NCBI GenBank assembly: GCA_012862495.1 | Contig: BLSG01000086.1 | Coordinates: 327,031 to 380,665, forward strand | Length of the DNA: 53,635 bases | From: Thraustochytrium aureum | Taxonomy: Eukaryota | Direction: 5' to 3' | Shown here: positions 22,671-32,943 of the stretch, one piece after another | How positions within the stretch are numbered: the stretch's first letter is position 1 | Layout of the letters: every line of letters starts with the position of its first letter | The notes under the pieces: generated by a model | Seen by the model: the letters and a program-made list of their open reading frames with translations, nothing else | What the model was told of the DNA's origin: nothing | The model's database searches: none | Program-made: the position numbers and the translations under genes

Positions 22671-24307
22671 CTAAAAGAAGCTCTTCACGGAGCTGCGGAT
22701 GGAGGTCCAGGAAAAGTGTCGCGCTATTACAAAGGATGGCTCGCGCGCTTGACCTTCTGCGTCATCGAGCGGCCGATTAAATTGCGCTCTTGCCCCCCTC
22801 AGCCCCCGCGGGTCCGGAGACCTCCTCGCCAAGGGCGGTAAGAACACGGGAGACACCTCCAGGTCACTCGCCAACGACGAGCCCACCGAGGAGGAAAACG
22901 CCGACGACCCGGACGACGACATGCGGGACTTGCTCACCGCAACGTTGCCAAAGGTCATCTCTTGGGACAATTGTCGCTTCCTGTTCCGAGCGCGCAGCAC
23001 AGCGAACATGAAGCCAGCCGCAACGAGACAGGCAATGGTGCCCCCGGCGATGACGCCCCCACTCGGCGAACTGTCGCTGGATGCGCCGTCGGACGGAACT
23101 TTCACAACAACTTCACCATTGTTGCCGCCGTCGCCGCCGTCACCAACGCCGCCGTCGCCGCCGTCACCAACGCCGTCACCGCCGCCGCCCTTTTGTGTTG
23201 GCGACCCTGTTGGGCGCGTTGTCGTCACCGGCGCAGTTCCAGGGCTTGGTGTTGGCGCAAAGGTGGCATCGAGCTGCTCTCGCATCGCAGATCGCCAGAA
23301 GAGCCCTGTGCATGACAGGTCAGTGAAGGTCTGCGATGCGCAGGCGTTCTCGGCAAGCAACGCGTACGTCGATTCCCTGTCGCTCCAGTTCCACACGGTC
23401 CAGCTCAGGCGAACTTGTGCACCCACAACCTGGCCACTGAGTAGCCGCAGAAAGCGCTGCGAGGAAGCGACAGAGAGCTGCGAAGTGCTGCTGCTGGAAA
23501 AGCCGATCTCGACGACAAACAGCGGCGTGTGGGGCAAGGCGCGCAGAATGGCGTCGTACATAAAGTCGTCATTGCTCAGGTAGGCCTTGACAGCGTAGGT
23601 GACGTTGCCTGGCTGCGCCACGCCGCCCTTCTCCTTCACGACGTGCGCGTCGCGGCAGTTGTTGGTCGTCCCAGCGATGATCACGGTCCCGGGTCAATAG
23701 GTCGAATTGCGCTAATCACAGCGTTGTGGTAAGCCAGGAGCTGGGTCCAGCCGACGTTCTCGGGCCTGCCCGTCAGCTCGTACAGGACGTGGTCACTGCT
23801 GTTGTACTTTCGAGCAACCTCAGTCCAAAAGTCGATTGCGCCGCCTGTGCTCGCCCCCTCCGCGTCCAGAAGGTTGTTCGGGTTGCCCGAGTAGTGGAGC
23901 GCGACGATCACATATATACCAAACTCTTTGCAAAGGGCCACGACGCTGTCGAGCAGAGCCATGTCGCTCGCCGAAGGCATCACCTTGTCGCTCAGAACTG
24001 GCATCGCCGCGCGAACCAGCGTGGCCCCGTACGTCGTCGCAAGGGCTTCGATCGCCGCTCGCGTGAAGCAGTCTGGGTGGAAGGGGAGGAACCTGGCGCT
24101 GACGCCAGCAAGCTGGATCGGCCGCCCGTCGGCCCCGCACAGCTCGACGCCGCAAACCTGCACCTTGCCGCGACGGTCCGCAAACCCTTGCTGGTTTATT
24201 GGCGTCGCCGGGAGCGCCTCGAGTTCAGGGCATTCCACTGCAGCGCAGTCGCCCCAGCTCCAACAAGTCACCAGTGCCGCAAGAACGAGAAAAAGTCTGG
24301 TTCGCAT
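22671..24307 (-). CDS. Membrane-anchored GH5 (cellulase-like, subfamily 2-type) protein with degenerate active site; frameshift near 23690
   Basis: Signal peptide MRTRLFLVLAALVTCWSWG; GKVQVCGVELCGADGRPIQLAGVS, GATLVRAAM, GIYVIVALH, FWTEVARKY...HVLYEL, VISAIRPIDP-(GT)VIIAGT, PLFVVEIG; then a P/T and G/D linker, TM GVIAGGTIACLVAAGFMFAVL and a Ser-rich cytosolic tail. Confidence 0.8.
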
Positions 24308-24380
24308 TTTCCTTGGCGGGCGTTCCCGTCCTCCGCGCGAGACTGCGCTTGGACCAAGGCGCTCTGGCCTCTGGGCCCGC

Positions 24381-24428
24381 CGACCGACCGACCGACCGAC
24401 CGTCCGCCCGCCCGCCCGCCCGCCCGCC
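24381..24428. repeat. Compound (CCGA)n/(CCCG)n microsatellite upstream of the GH5-like gene
   Basis: Visible in the sequence. Confidence 0.85.
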
Positions 24429-26109
24429 AGGGGATCGGCCTTGTTGGCCCTCGCGCTCTGTCGCGGCGCAGCTGCTGCGCGCCTTGCGTCGGCCAGGGGA
24501 TCAGCGTTTGCGTGTTGTTATCAGTGTCTGCCGCCCATGTTGGAGATGAAGTGAGAGCAGGTGCTCTCGCACACGCCTCGAGACGGTACCAGAGTNNNNN
24601 NNNNNNNNNNNNNNNNNNNNNNNNNNNNNNNNNNNNNNNNNNNNNNNNNNNNNNNNNNNNNNNNNNNNNNNNNNNNNNNNNNNNNNNNNNNNNNNNNNNN
24701 NNNNNNNNNNNNNNNNNNNNNNNNNNNNNNNNNNNNNNNNNNNNNNNNNNNNNNNNNNNNNNNNNNNNNGTCCGAGGCATGGGTACTCTGATGAGAAATC
24801 ATCTGCGCTCGAACCGCTTGGGCGAGGCCACGCCTCTCGAACGTGCGCGATCGATGCTGCTGCTGATGAGATAGATGCTCGACCGACCTTGGGGTCTCCT
24901 TCTGCTCGAAGCCTCGAACTCCATTCGCTGCTCGCAATGGTACCTACAGTACAAGCCCTGGCGTAGCCCGGCTGCTGCCATGAATAAAAAACGCAAAAGG
25001 CCACCTGGCCCCCTCGCTTGTTTTGTGCGCTTGGGAGCCGGCTCGGCTTGGTCACGTCGCTCGTTGCCGCCGATTCGGAGGGGTTGGTTGCAGATCAGCG
25101 AGCGTCAATCATCGTCCTCCTCGCGGCCTCGTCCAATCCCGGTCAACGAGGTCGGATTCTCGGACTCACGTGCCCAGCTGGGCCAATGGATTGAAGTGAC
25201 GCACGCCACATTTATGCTGTTCTGCAAACTCTGTTTCCTCGCTTCGCCTCTGAAAGATGAGCGAACCTGCATGCGCCAACGACAGTGCGCCAACAGAACG
25301 GCCGCAAGCTAAAGGTGGCTTGGCGTCGAGCTATTTCGGGTCGTGTGCCACACTTCATTCAGTTCCAACCCCGTTTTGCACCCACCAGTCGCTGCGTTGC
25401 TGCGTCTTCGAGCGTGTCGAAAACGTCGGGACCAAGCGCCCCGAACACCCCACCCTTGCGCTGTGCGCGACGATGGACTCGGATCGGGACGAGGAGCTCG
25501 CAACCGGACAAGGAGGTTGCGAGCTCCTTGTCGGCACAGTTGGCCGCCGCCTCCATCGTGCAGTGGACCTGGGCGTGCGTGCAGAACAGTGCGGAACAGC
25601 TCACATTTGCGGGAGCCGTGCCCGCTGTTGCACGTACCGGACATATTCGCTGGGGGCTGGCTGGGACTTTCTTCGCTCTTTTCGTCGCTGTTTGCGGTCG
25701 GTTTCCGGTCCGCCAAGGCCGTGATTTGCGCGGCAAGTGTGGGATTGGTTGATGGTTGATCGTTGATCGCGCCACCGTTCGATCGACGGCGACGCGGTGG
25801 CATCCTTTGTCTTGGTAGTTGGGTACTCCCGGCGGCGCGGGAGAGCTGTTTCGCGGCGGCGCTCGCCAAGCCAACCGCTTTCGCCAGCCAGCTAGCTACC
25901 GCTCGCTCTGGTCGCTCTGCAGAACGAGCAGCGGTCGGTCGGCCGGCCAGCTCTTCGCCGCGCGCCAGTGAGGTCCGCACGGCGGCAACGGGCAAGCGCA
26001 GCGCGCTGCGCAAGCCGCAGAAAGGTCGCGCGGTCGCCTTGGCGAGCCAGTTGATCAAGCCGAAGCGGTGTGGATAGATAGCACGAGCGCGTGCGCGCCG
26101 CGAGCCGAG

Positions 26110-26649
26110 ATGGCGCACCAAGTGAAGCAGCTCGTCGAGGCGGAGGAGCTCTACGAACTGCTCGAAGACGAGGGGCGCAAGTCCGACCAGGTCTTCGTCC
26201 TGGACCTGCATCGCGGGTGGGCCGGGCCGTGCGCGGTCATGCACCCTACGTACACGAGCCTTGCGGACAAGGCGGGGGAGCGACTCGACGCCGCCGTTGT
26301 TCTCCTCGCCGTCAGCGTAGACCTGCTGGCCAAGTGGCTCGAGCGCGAGAGCTCCGCCCGCCGGCAGGGCCAGAACGGGGTGCTCAACTTTGAGTCGAGG
26401 GACCAGCAGAAGCGCGACAAGCGGTACTTTCGCGGACTTTCTGGTGTCTTGTCGCCGGCCGAGCGGGCCAAGCTCGAAGAGCTGCTCAAGGGCTTGGCTG
26501 GCTCGTGCAAGCCGCACACGCTCATGCTCCGCGCTCAGCCGACGGCAAAGTCCGAATTTCCCATCTCGATCCTCAACAACGTGAGCGGCGCAGACGCGCC
26601 GCAAGTTGTGCAGGCCTTTGAGGCGGCGCTCGCCAGGTGCTCGGCGTGA
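26110..26649 (+). CDS. Thioredoxin-like protein resembling NME8/axonemal dynein thioredoxin light chains, WAGPC active-site variant
   Basis: VFVLDLHRGWAGPCAVM, GSCKPHTLML and VSGADAPQVVQ resemble the VVDVYQGWCGPC...GKCEPTFLF...GANAP pattern recalled for this family. Confidence 0.65.
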   Translation: MAHQVKQLVEAEELYELLEDEGRKSDQVFVLDLHRGWAGPCAVMHPTYTSLADKAGERLDAAVVLLAVSVDLLAKWLERESSARRQGQNGVLNFESRDQQKRDKRYFRGLSGVLSPAERAKLEELLKGLAGSCKPHTLMLRAQPTAKSEFPISILNNVSGADAPQVVQAFEAALARCSA

Positions 26650-26810
26650 AACGGCAGGCTGGTGCGCGCGCAGCGTTGAACACTGCGCAAGACCGGGTCA
26701 ACGGGGCAAGGGATGGTTGCGATCAGCACGCCGCGCCACACGAAAGGCAGCGCGGAGTGCGCGGTCCACACCAGAGCAGCACAGGCGTAGTCAGCCTTTG
26801 CATTTGTGAC

Positions 26811-26905
26811 TGGCAAGGAGCGACGCTGGACAAGGAGCGACGCCGGGCAACGAGCGGCGCTGGGCAACGAGCGACGCTGGGCAAAGAGCGACGCTGGGCA
26901 ACGAG
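26811..26905. repeat. Degenerate tandem repeat (unit approximately ggcaaggagcgacgctg, 5-6 copies)
   Basis: Visible in the 3' region of the thioredoxin-like gene. Confidence 0.75.
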
Positions 26906-27230
26906 CTCGGCAGCCGTGGATGTTCGATTCGGCGAGCCGCCCATGCCGAGCCGCTCATGCCGAGCCGAGCCGGACCGAACAGCAGCAAGCTGAGCTGCTG
27001 CTGCTCGGCTTGAACTAGGACAGGAGAAAGGCACAAAGCAATTTTATAATAAACCAGAAACAGTCGCTTAAGGTCGACAGAGGCGAGCTTATCGCGAGCC
27101 AACCGCGAAGAACGCTAACGCCTGCTGCGGAGAAGCGACCTCATGGTGTTTTTTGATCACGGAGAGACACAAATGCAGTTTCGCGCCAAGGGGGCTGAGC
27201 GTGCAGCCGCCCTCGGCCGGGCCGGGCCGC

Positions 27231-27818
27231 TCAGCCAAGGATGCGAACCGTGCGCGGCGTGTCAATCCCTGGCGGTGGTGGGAGCGGACGGCCTGGGGTG
27301 AGAACATACGTGGGCTGAGAGTTGCTGTATCCGCTTTCGCGAACGTATGGCGAGCCCCCCCCAAAGCTTCCGTTGCCGGGCCTGCGTGGCAGAGCGGGAG
27401 GTGACTGACCCGTGTAGCTGCTGTAGGTCGAAACGTAGGAGCCACGCGAATTGTAAGAGTTGCCTGGAAAGTTGTCCGAGCGGTAAGTGGACCAGGACGA
27501 GCGCGAGCGCCGCGACCGGTTTGACTGCGAGCCGTTGCTCGAAAGCTGCGGCACCTCCTTGTCGCCGTACATGACGCGCTCCCTGTTGTAAGTGAAGCAA
27601 AAGGCGACCAAGGCAATCAAGACAGTGACGCCCACGACGCTCCCAATAATCGCAGCAACTGGAAACCCTGACTCGTCGCTTGACTTGGGTTTATCGTTGG
27701 GCCCAAGTCCAAAGTCTTGCAGCTCACGAGCGGCGTCCATTTCCGCAGTGGCCCACAACGCAGCCGCCCCAACGTTTACTGTCGCAGCGTGCCGCGCCGT
27801 TCCCAATACGCCCCGCAT
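27231..27818 (-). CDS. Small single-pass membrane protein with Ser/Tyr/Pro-rich cytosolic tail (alternative start 27740)
   Basis: TM FPVAAIIGSVVGVTVLIALVAFCF followed by an S/Y-rich tail and PLPPPP. Confidence 0.6.
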   Translation of the reverse strand: MRGVLGTARHAATVNVGAAALWATAEMDAARELQDFGLGPNDKPKSSDESGFPVAAIIGSVVGVTVLIALVAFCFTYNRERVMYGDKEVPQLSSNGSQSNRSRRSRSSWSTYRSDNFPGNSYNSRGSYVSTYSSYTGQSPPALPRRPGNGSFGGGSPYVRESGYSNSQPTYVLTPGRPLPPPPGIDTPRTVRILG

Positions 27819-29589
27819 CCCTCTGCTCAGCCAGTGTCGCCAACGGTGTGGTGGACACTGGCCGTTCGAGCGGCGGCGCCCCTGGCGTCCGTTCCAGCTC
27901 GCGGATATTCCCAACCTGCGTCAGCAGCGCCTTGACTCGAAGACGTGGCGCGTCGCGCTGGCCGTGCGCTCAGCTGCCTGCGCGCAGGCAATGTCCTTCG
28001 GTAGTGGGCTTGTCGCACTGCCGTGGGCAGGAATGGCGTCGGAGTCTGTCGAGCTCTCCTCATGTAATCTTCGCCAGGCTGATGAGGTACGGTGGTTGAG
28101 TTTGCAAACGAGAAGGCGAAAACGAAAGCAACAAAACGCAGCCGGCCACCTGCCTGCTTCTCAAGGACCAAACGCACGGCCTCACACGCTGTCGGCGCTC
28201 GGGCCGCTGGTGGCCGTGTCGAAGACTTGTCGAATTCGGTGGGGTGTATCTGAGAGGCCTACCCTCTTGCAAACCAGGCCAAGAATCTCGTGCAGAGGTA
28301 TGTTTTTATCTCGTTTTCTAACCTTTAGGGCTGGCTGCGACTGATCCAATGGCCGTCTGCGCCTTGGAGGTGGGTCTGCTGGTGGTGATCTGCGTCCCGA
28401 GGCCGAACGAAGCTTGCCTTTCGCGCGCGAGGAGGGATCCGAACCAATTCCATGCTTGCCAACACGGCTCCTACGTTCACGAAACGTGCGCCTTCATGCC
28501 TGCGCGTCTCTCCAATTTTCTCGAGTTGTGCACAGTCCACCCACTTGGTCCACCACCACCACCACCACCACCACCGACAAACTCCTGCTCGGCCGGCCCA
28601 GGGCCAGGCTGGGCGGTCTGCAAGTCGACTCGAGTCGGGCGATGGCCGGCCTCGCTGTCATCAGGCAGGCCAACCTCCTTGGTGGGCAGGCAGGCAGCCC
28701 GGTCGCCTTCCTGCTGTCGCCTTTGCACGCGAGAAAGCAGGAAGGGAACATCAGCGGCAGCCGTGGCGGCGCCGCGTGCGCATGCCAGAGGCTGGTACGG
28801 TTTGGTACTTGATTTTGTGGGTTCTCGCCAATCGAGCAACGGGCGCGTGGCAGAAGGCCATCGAAAGTCGCGATTCTCTGAGCGCGACCTCGTCATCTTC
28901 TCATTCTCTCATGAGGCTGGCTGTCCAAGGAGGATCCGACTCGGTCCGCCTCATTATCATGCCTGACCATGCCTCCAACAGCGCCCGCCAGCCAGCCCAT
29001 CAAACGGCGAGTGTGCATTCGAAAACGCAGTCANNNNNNNNNNNNNNNNNNNNNNNNNNNNNNNNNNNNNNNNNNNNNNNNNNNNNNNNNNNNNNNNNNN
29101 NNNNNNNNNNNNNNNNNNNNNNNNNNNNNNNNNNNNNNNNNNNNNNNNNNNNNNNNNNNNNNNNNNNNNNNNNNNNNNNNNNNNNNNNNNNNNNNNNNNN
29201 NNNNNNNNNNNNNNNNNNNNNNNNNNNNNNNNNNNNNNNNNNNNAGAAGTGGGCGCGTGGCCAAGCGTGTTTTTGGCTGCGTTTGTCCTTCCCTTTGCTC
29301 AACCAGGAAAGAACAGTGCGCTGATCGTTGGTGGCGCGGCGCTTTTGGCGCGAAACGTGCTTTCTATCGTCATGTGATTCGACCAAGGGGCTGGATGATG
29401 CCATCTGAACTCGACGCAACGTTTTCGGTCCAGGCGATGCCGTTCGAATGCCGGCGCTAGCCGAGCGTGCAGCCTCGCGGCGCGCAGACCACGACGACGA
29501 CCACGACAGCGTCACGGCAGCGAAAAGGCAAGGCCAAGGCAGGGAGTCGCGGAGAAAAGCGCCTCTTGCACAGACGCAAGGGCGAGGCT

Positions 29590-31017
29590 ATGTCGCCCAG
29601 CCAAGCGCTGACGCGCGCAAGCTCGCTTGCTGCGCTCGTGCGATGGGCCAAGGCGAACGCGGTGTGGTTCCTGACCAGCGAGGTGCTGCAGCGGGTCGTG
29701 CAACGCGTCGCAGGCTGGACGGGCTCGCGTGGCAAGAGGTTTGCCGTTTTTGTGTGCGCTTCTGACCCGCACAGCCTGGTCCTCCTCGAAGGGCTGCGGG
29801 TGCTCCTGGAGAGGTATGCAGTCGAGGCAGAGGTGCACGTAGTGCGCGAGACCGCGGAGGAGGGGCTTGCAGCGTACGCAGCTGATCCAGAGCAGCAATT
29901 CGCTTGGCGGATCCACGATGCGCAGCTGCTCGCTGGGGTGTACGCCGACCTCGGCATCAAGGGCGTGCCAGCACAGAAAGAGCACCCTGACGCTGGTGTA
30001 GCCAAAGAGGGCGCAGAGCTGCTCGCCGCTGCGCTTGGCGGCCGCCGCGTGGGGCGCGCAGACGACCCGCGCCTTGCCGCGGGCATCGAGATCAGCCGCG
30101 CCACATTGCTGGGCAGCCTCGCCACGGCCCGCGCGGCCCTGGACGCACTCGACGGCTCGGCTCTCGGCGGCCGCGAGCGGCTGGACCACCTCAGCAAGTC
30201 GGCGGGGCTGCTCGCCTCCAGAGGCCAGTACTTGTCGGCGACCGCGCGGTACGGCGCCGAGTGGTTTTGGGGCCTAGACAGACTTCGCTTCCTGGAGACC
30301 CAGCTGTCAGAACTGGGACACAATCGACTGGGAGCCAACGAGCCGGCCATATTCACGCGCACGCGCATGCCGTCGGCAAAGTCTCTGGCGCGCGAGCACA
30401 GGGCGCTCCGCGGCGCCGCCTCGCGACGCGCCGACCTCCCTCACATCGAACTGTTTTACTCGTTCCGTTCACCATACTCGCAGGTAGTTCTGCGGCCGCT
30501 CTTTGCAATGGCCGACTTTTACGGCGTCGCGGTCGAGCTGCGCCCTGTGCTGCCCATGGTCATGCGCGGCTTGGAGGTCCCGCTCGCCAAAAAGCTCTAC
30601 ATCGTGCGAGATGCGGCTCGCCTGGCGCGCGAGGCATCCTGGTCGCACTACGGCTGCTTGAACGATCCGGTGGGAACGCCCACCGAGTTTGCCTTTGCTC
30701 TCTTCTCCCATGCGGACGACCAAGGCCTTGGGCGACAGTTTTTGCTCTCCTGGTCAACAGAGGTCTACTGCTCTGGAACCGATGCGGTGACCCGCGAGGG
30801 CCTCGAGCGCATCTGTGACCGGGCGGGTTTTCGCTTCTCAGCGGCCTTGCTCGACTCTGACCGCTGGCGCGGCCGCGCAGACGCCAACAAAGCCCGGATG
30901 TTGGACTTGGGTCTTTGGGGCGTTCCCACACTGCGGTTCGGTTCCACGGCGGTTTGGGGGCAAGACCGCCTCTTCTGCATCGAGCGCGAGGTCCGCGCCG
31001 CCTTGGCATCCTCGTGA
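29590..31017 (+). CDS. Two-domain 2-hydroxychromene-2-carboxylate isomerase / DsbA (GST-kappa)-like protein
   Basis: C-terminal domain IELFYSFRSPYS...LRPVLPMVMRGLEVP...LGLWGVPTLRFGSTAVWGQDRL. The N-terminal domain ends YGAEWFWGLDRLRFLE. Intronless. Confidence 0.85.
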   Translation: MSPSQALTRASSLAALVRWAKANAVWFLTSEVLQRVVQRVAGWTGSRGKRFAVFVCASDPHSLVLLEGLRVLLERYAVEAEVHVVRETAEEGLAAYAADPEQQFAWRIHDAQLLAGVYADLGIKGVPAQKEHPDAGVAKEGAELLAAALGGRRVGRADDPRLAAGIEISRATLLGSLATARAALDALDGSALGGRERLDHLSKSAGLLASRGQYLSATARYGAEWFWGLDRLRFLETQLSELGHNRLGANEPAIFTRTRMPSAKSLAREHRALRGAASRRADLPHIELFYSFRSPYSQVVLRPLFAMADFYGVAVELRPVLPMVMRGLEVPLAKKLYIVRDAARLAREASWSHYGCLNDPVGTPTEFAFALFSHADDQGLGRQFLLSWSTEVYCSGTDAVTREGLERICDRAGFRFSAALLDSDRWRGRADANKARMLDLGLWGVPTLRFGSTAVWGQDRLFCIEREVRAALASS

Positions 31018-31544
31018 CACCTTGCCGCCGAGAAACCAAGCCAAGGCAGGTCGAGGCCTTTAGTACTTCTCTGAAAGATGTAATTACCCAACTACACAAA
31101 AGCGCAGGCGCAGCTGCGCACCACAGCAAAAGCCGCCGCTGCCCGTGCAACGTCCAAACCGCCCGCCGCCTTTCGAAAGGTATGCTTGCACGCGCCCGAA
31201 AAGGTCTGCCTGCGCCGCTTGCGTTCGCGCTCGCATCGCAACAGCTGTTTGACGAAAACGATCGTGTAGCGGACTGCGCACTGCGCGCCGCCTGGGCAGC
31301 GCCCCAGCGCCGCGACACAAACGCCGCGCTCGCCAGGCGGTTTGTTCCGGTGAGTACGTAGGTCGAGCTGAAGGCCATTTTGGACCCCGTCACGGTGGGA
31401 GTCCGCCAACGAGGCTCGAAAGGGCGCCGCCAAAGCCCGCGCAGCCTGCTCGGCTGCAGGCCGCAGCGCAGCCTCGGGACTGCGGCGAGGGGCAGCCTTG
31501 CGAGCAGAGCGACGAGGAGGATCGGATCTGCCGCGCGCTGCACG

Positions 31545-32782
31545 ATGGACCCCGCCGACGATCTCTACGTGCTCGCCAACAGCTACGAGGAGCTCGCGCT
31601 CGCGCCGCAGCCGCGCGAGGCCTCGCCGTACCTCGAGCAAGTCGGGCTGCACGTGTACCTCACGGAGGCCTTTGCGCTCATGATGATGCAAACCCGCGAG
31701 CGCGGCGACGCGCGAGAGGTATTTGGGGCGGAGCGCCAGGTGGTCCGCCCTCGAACGGCCGGAACCGCCCGGCCTGGCTCCGCCGCGCCGCCAGGGCTGG
31801 CCGCTTTTACAGCTGGAGTTGCGAGCCAGACGCGAGCGCTCTCACGGCAGCAGCAACGAGCGGATTCATCGCAGCACATAAAGGCTCGGCCGGAGGCCGG
31901 CCGCCAACGGGCAGACGACCGCCGGCCCACAACGCGCAGCAAGCGGCCGGGGACCGCTCGGGCAGCGCTAAACCGACCAAGCTCAGCTAAGCCGCTCGCT
32001 GAGCTCGATGGTCTGGGAATAGGGGCGCATCTCGGAGCCGAGGCGGGCCGCGACCAGGTCGACCCACTGAGATTCTTGCACCAGTACTTTGACCGCGTCG
32101 CTCGCGGCGAGCACGTCATTGGAGCGCGCTTTGCGTTCGTGCTCGCGACAGACTACAATCGCATCCAGTTCGCGCGGGTGGCGGCTCGCACGTTCCAGGG
32201 ACTCGGCGGCGATCGGCTGGTGAGCATGGACGACGTCGTGCAGCTCTTGCGGCTATTGTGCGAGGACTTCTCCTCCGACCTCGTTCGCGTGTCCTGGGCG
32301 CTCGTGACAGAGGGCGCCGACGAGGCAAGCCCGGGGAATGGGGAGAAGGCGAGTCTGCGGGCGGGTCGCCCCGAGCCAGTGCCCTCGAGCAGGTGGAGCT
32401 CCGCGAGGCACTTCGCGCAGTTTTGCTCTGGGTTGTCTACGGCACCTTCTTCGACTCGTTCATCCACCAGATTGCCCCAGCAGGGGAGACAGCGGCGGCG
32501 TTGCAGGTCGCCGACTCGGCCAGCCGGTCATTGTGGGAAGTGGTGGTGCGCCGTGAGGCGGCGCAACGCGCTCTTGACGACGCAATCGATGCGCGTGTCA
32601 AATGGCGAGGCGACCGTGCAAGCGCGCCGTTCCGCGTGCCGCCAGTCTTTGCCCTGCGCGCGGCACAGGCCGCCCTTGGCGCGGCTGTTGGCGAGCTCAC
32701 GGTTGCCAAAGTGCTTCGGATAGTTGTCGAGGCAGCTGACCTCCACGCCCACATCTTCCCCGGCCCAGGCCCCAAAAGGTGA
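31545..32782 (+). CDS. CSTPP1/C11orf49-like tubulin polyglutamylase complex regulator; frameshift near 32370
   Basis: YLEQVGLHVYLTEA, RFLHQYFDRVARGEHVIGARFAFVLATDYNRIQF and LLRLLCEDFS match the pattern I recall for C11orf49. Continues in ORF 32258..32782. Confidence 0.65.
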
Positions 32783-32943
32783 ATGCGGGGCGGCTGGGTG
32801 ATCGATCACCGATGACAAGGAGCGAAACCTCCCACTCTCGAGCGAGCAAGAGCTCGAGCGAAGACAACAGTGTAGTAGTGGCAGATGTTGTTTGTTTTGT
32901 TCGATTGTTGATTGTTTGCGCTGCCGCCGTGCTGCAACGTCGC

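Noticed and set aside
24780..25760. Protein-coding gene in ORFs 24875..25312, 25257..25724 or 25285..25752
   Set aside because: No recognisable motif, and short ORFs are expected by chance at this GC content.
26811..26905. CRISPR array or mobile-element terminus
   Set aside because: Degenerate head-to-tail minisatellite without unique spacers or inverted termini.
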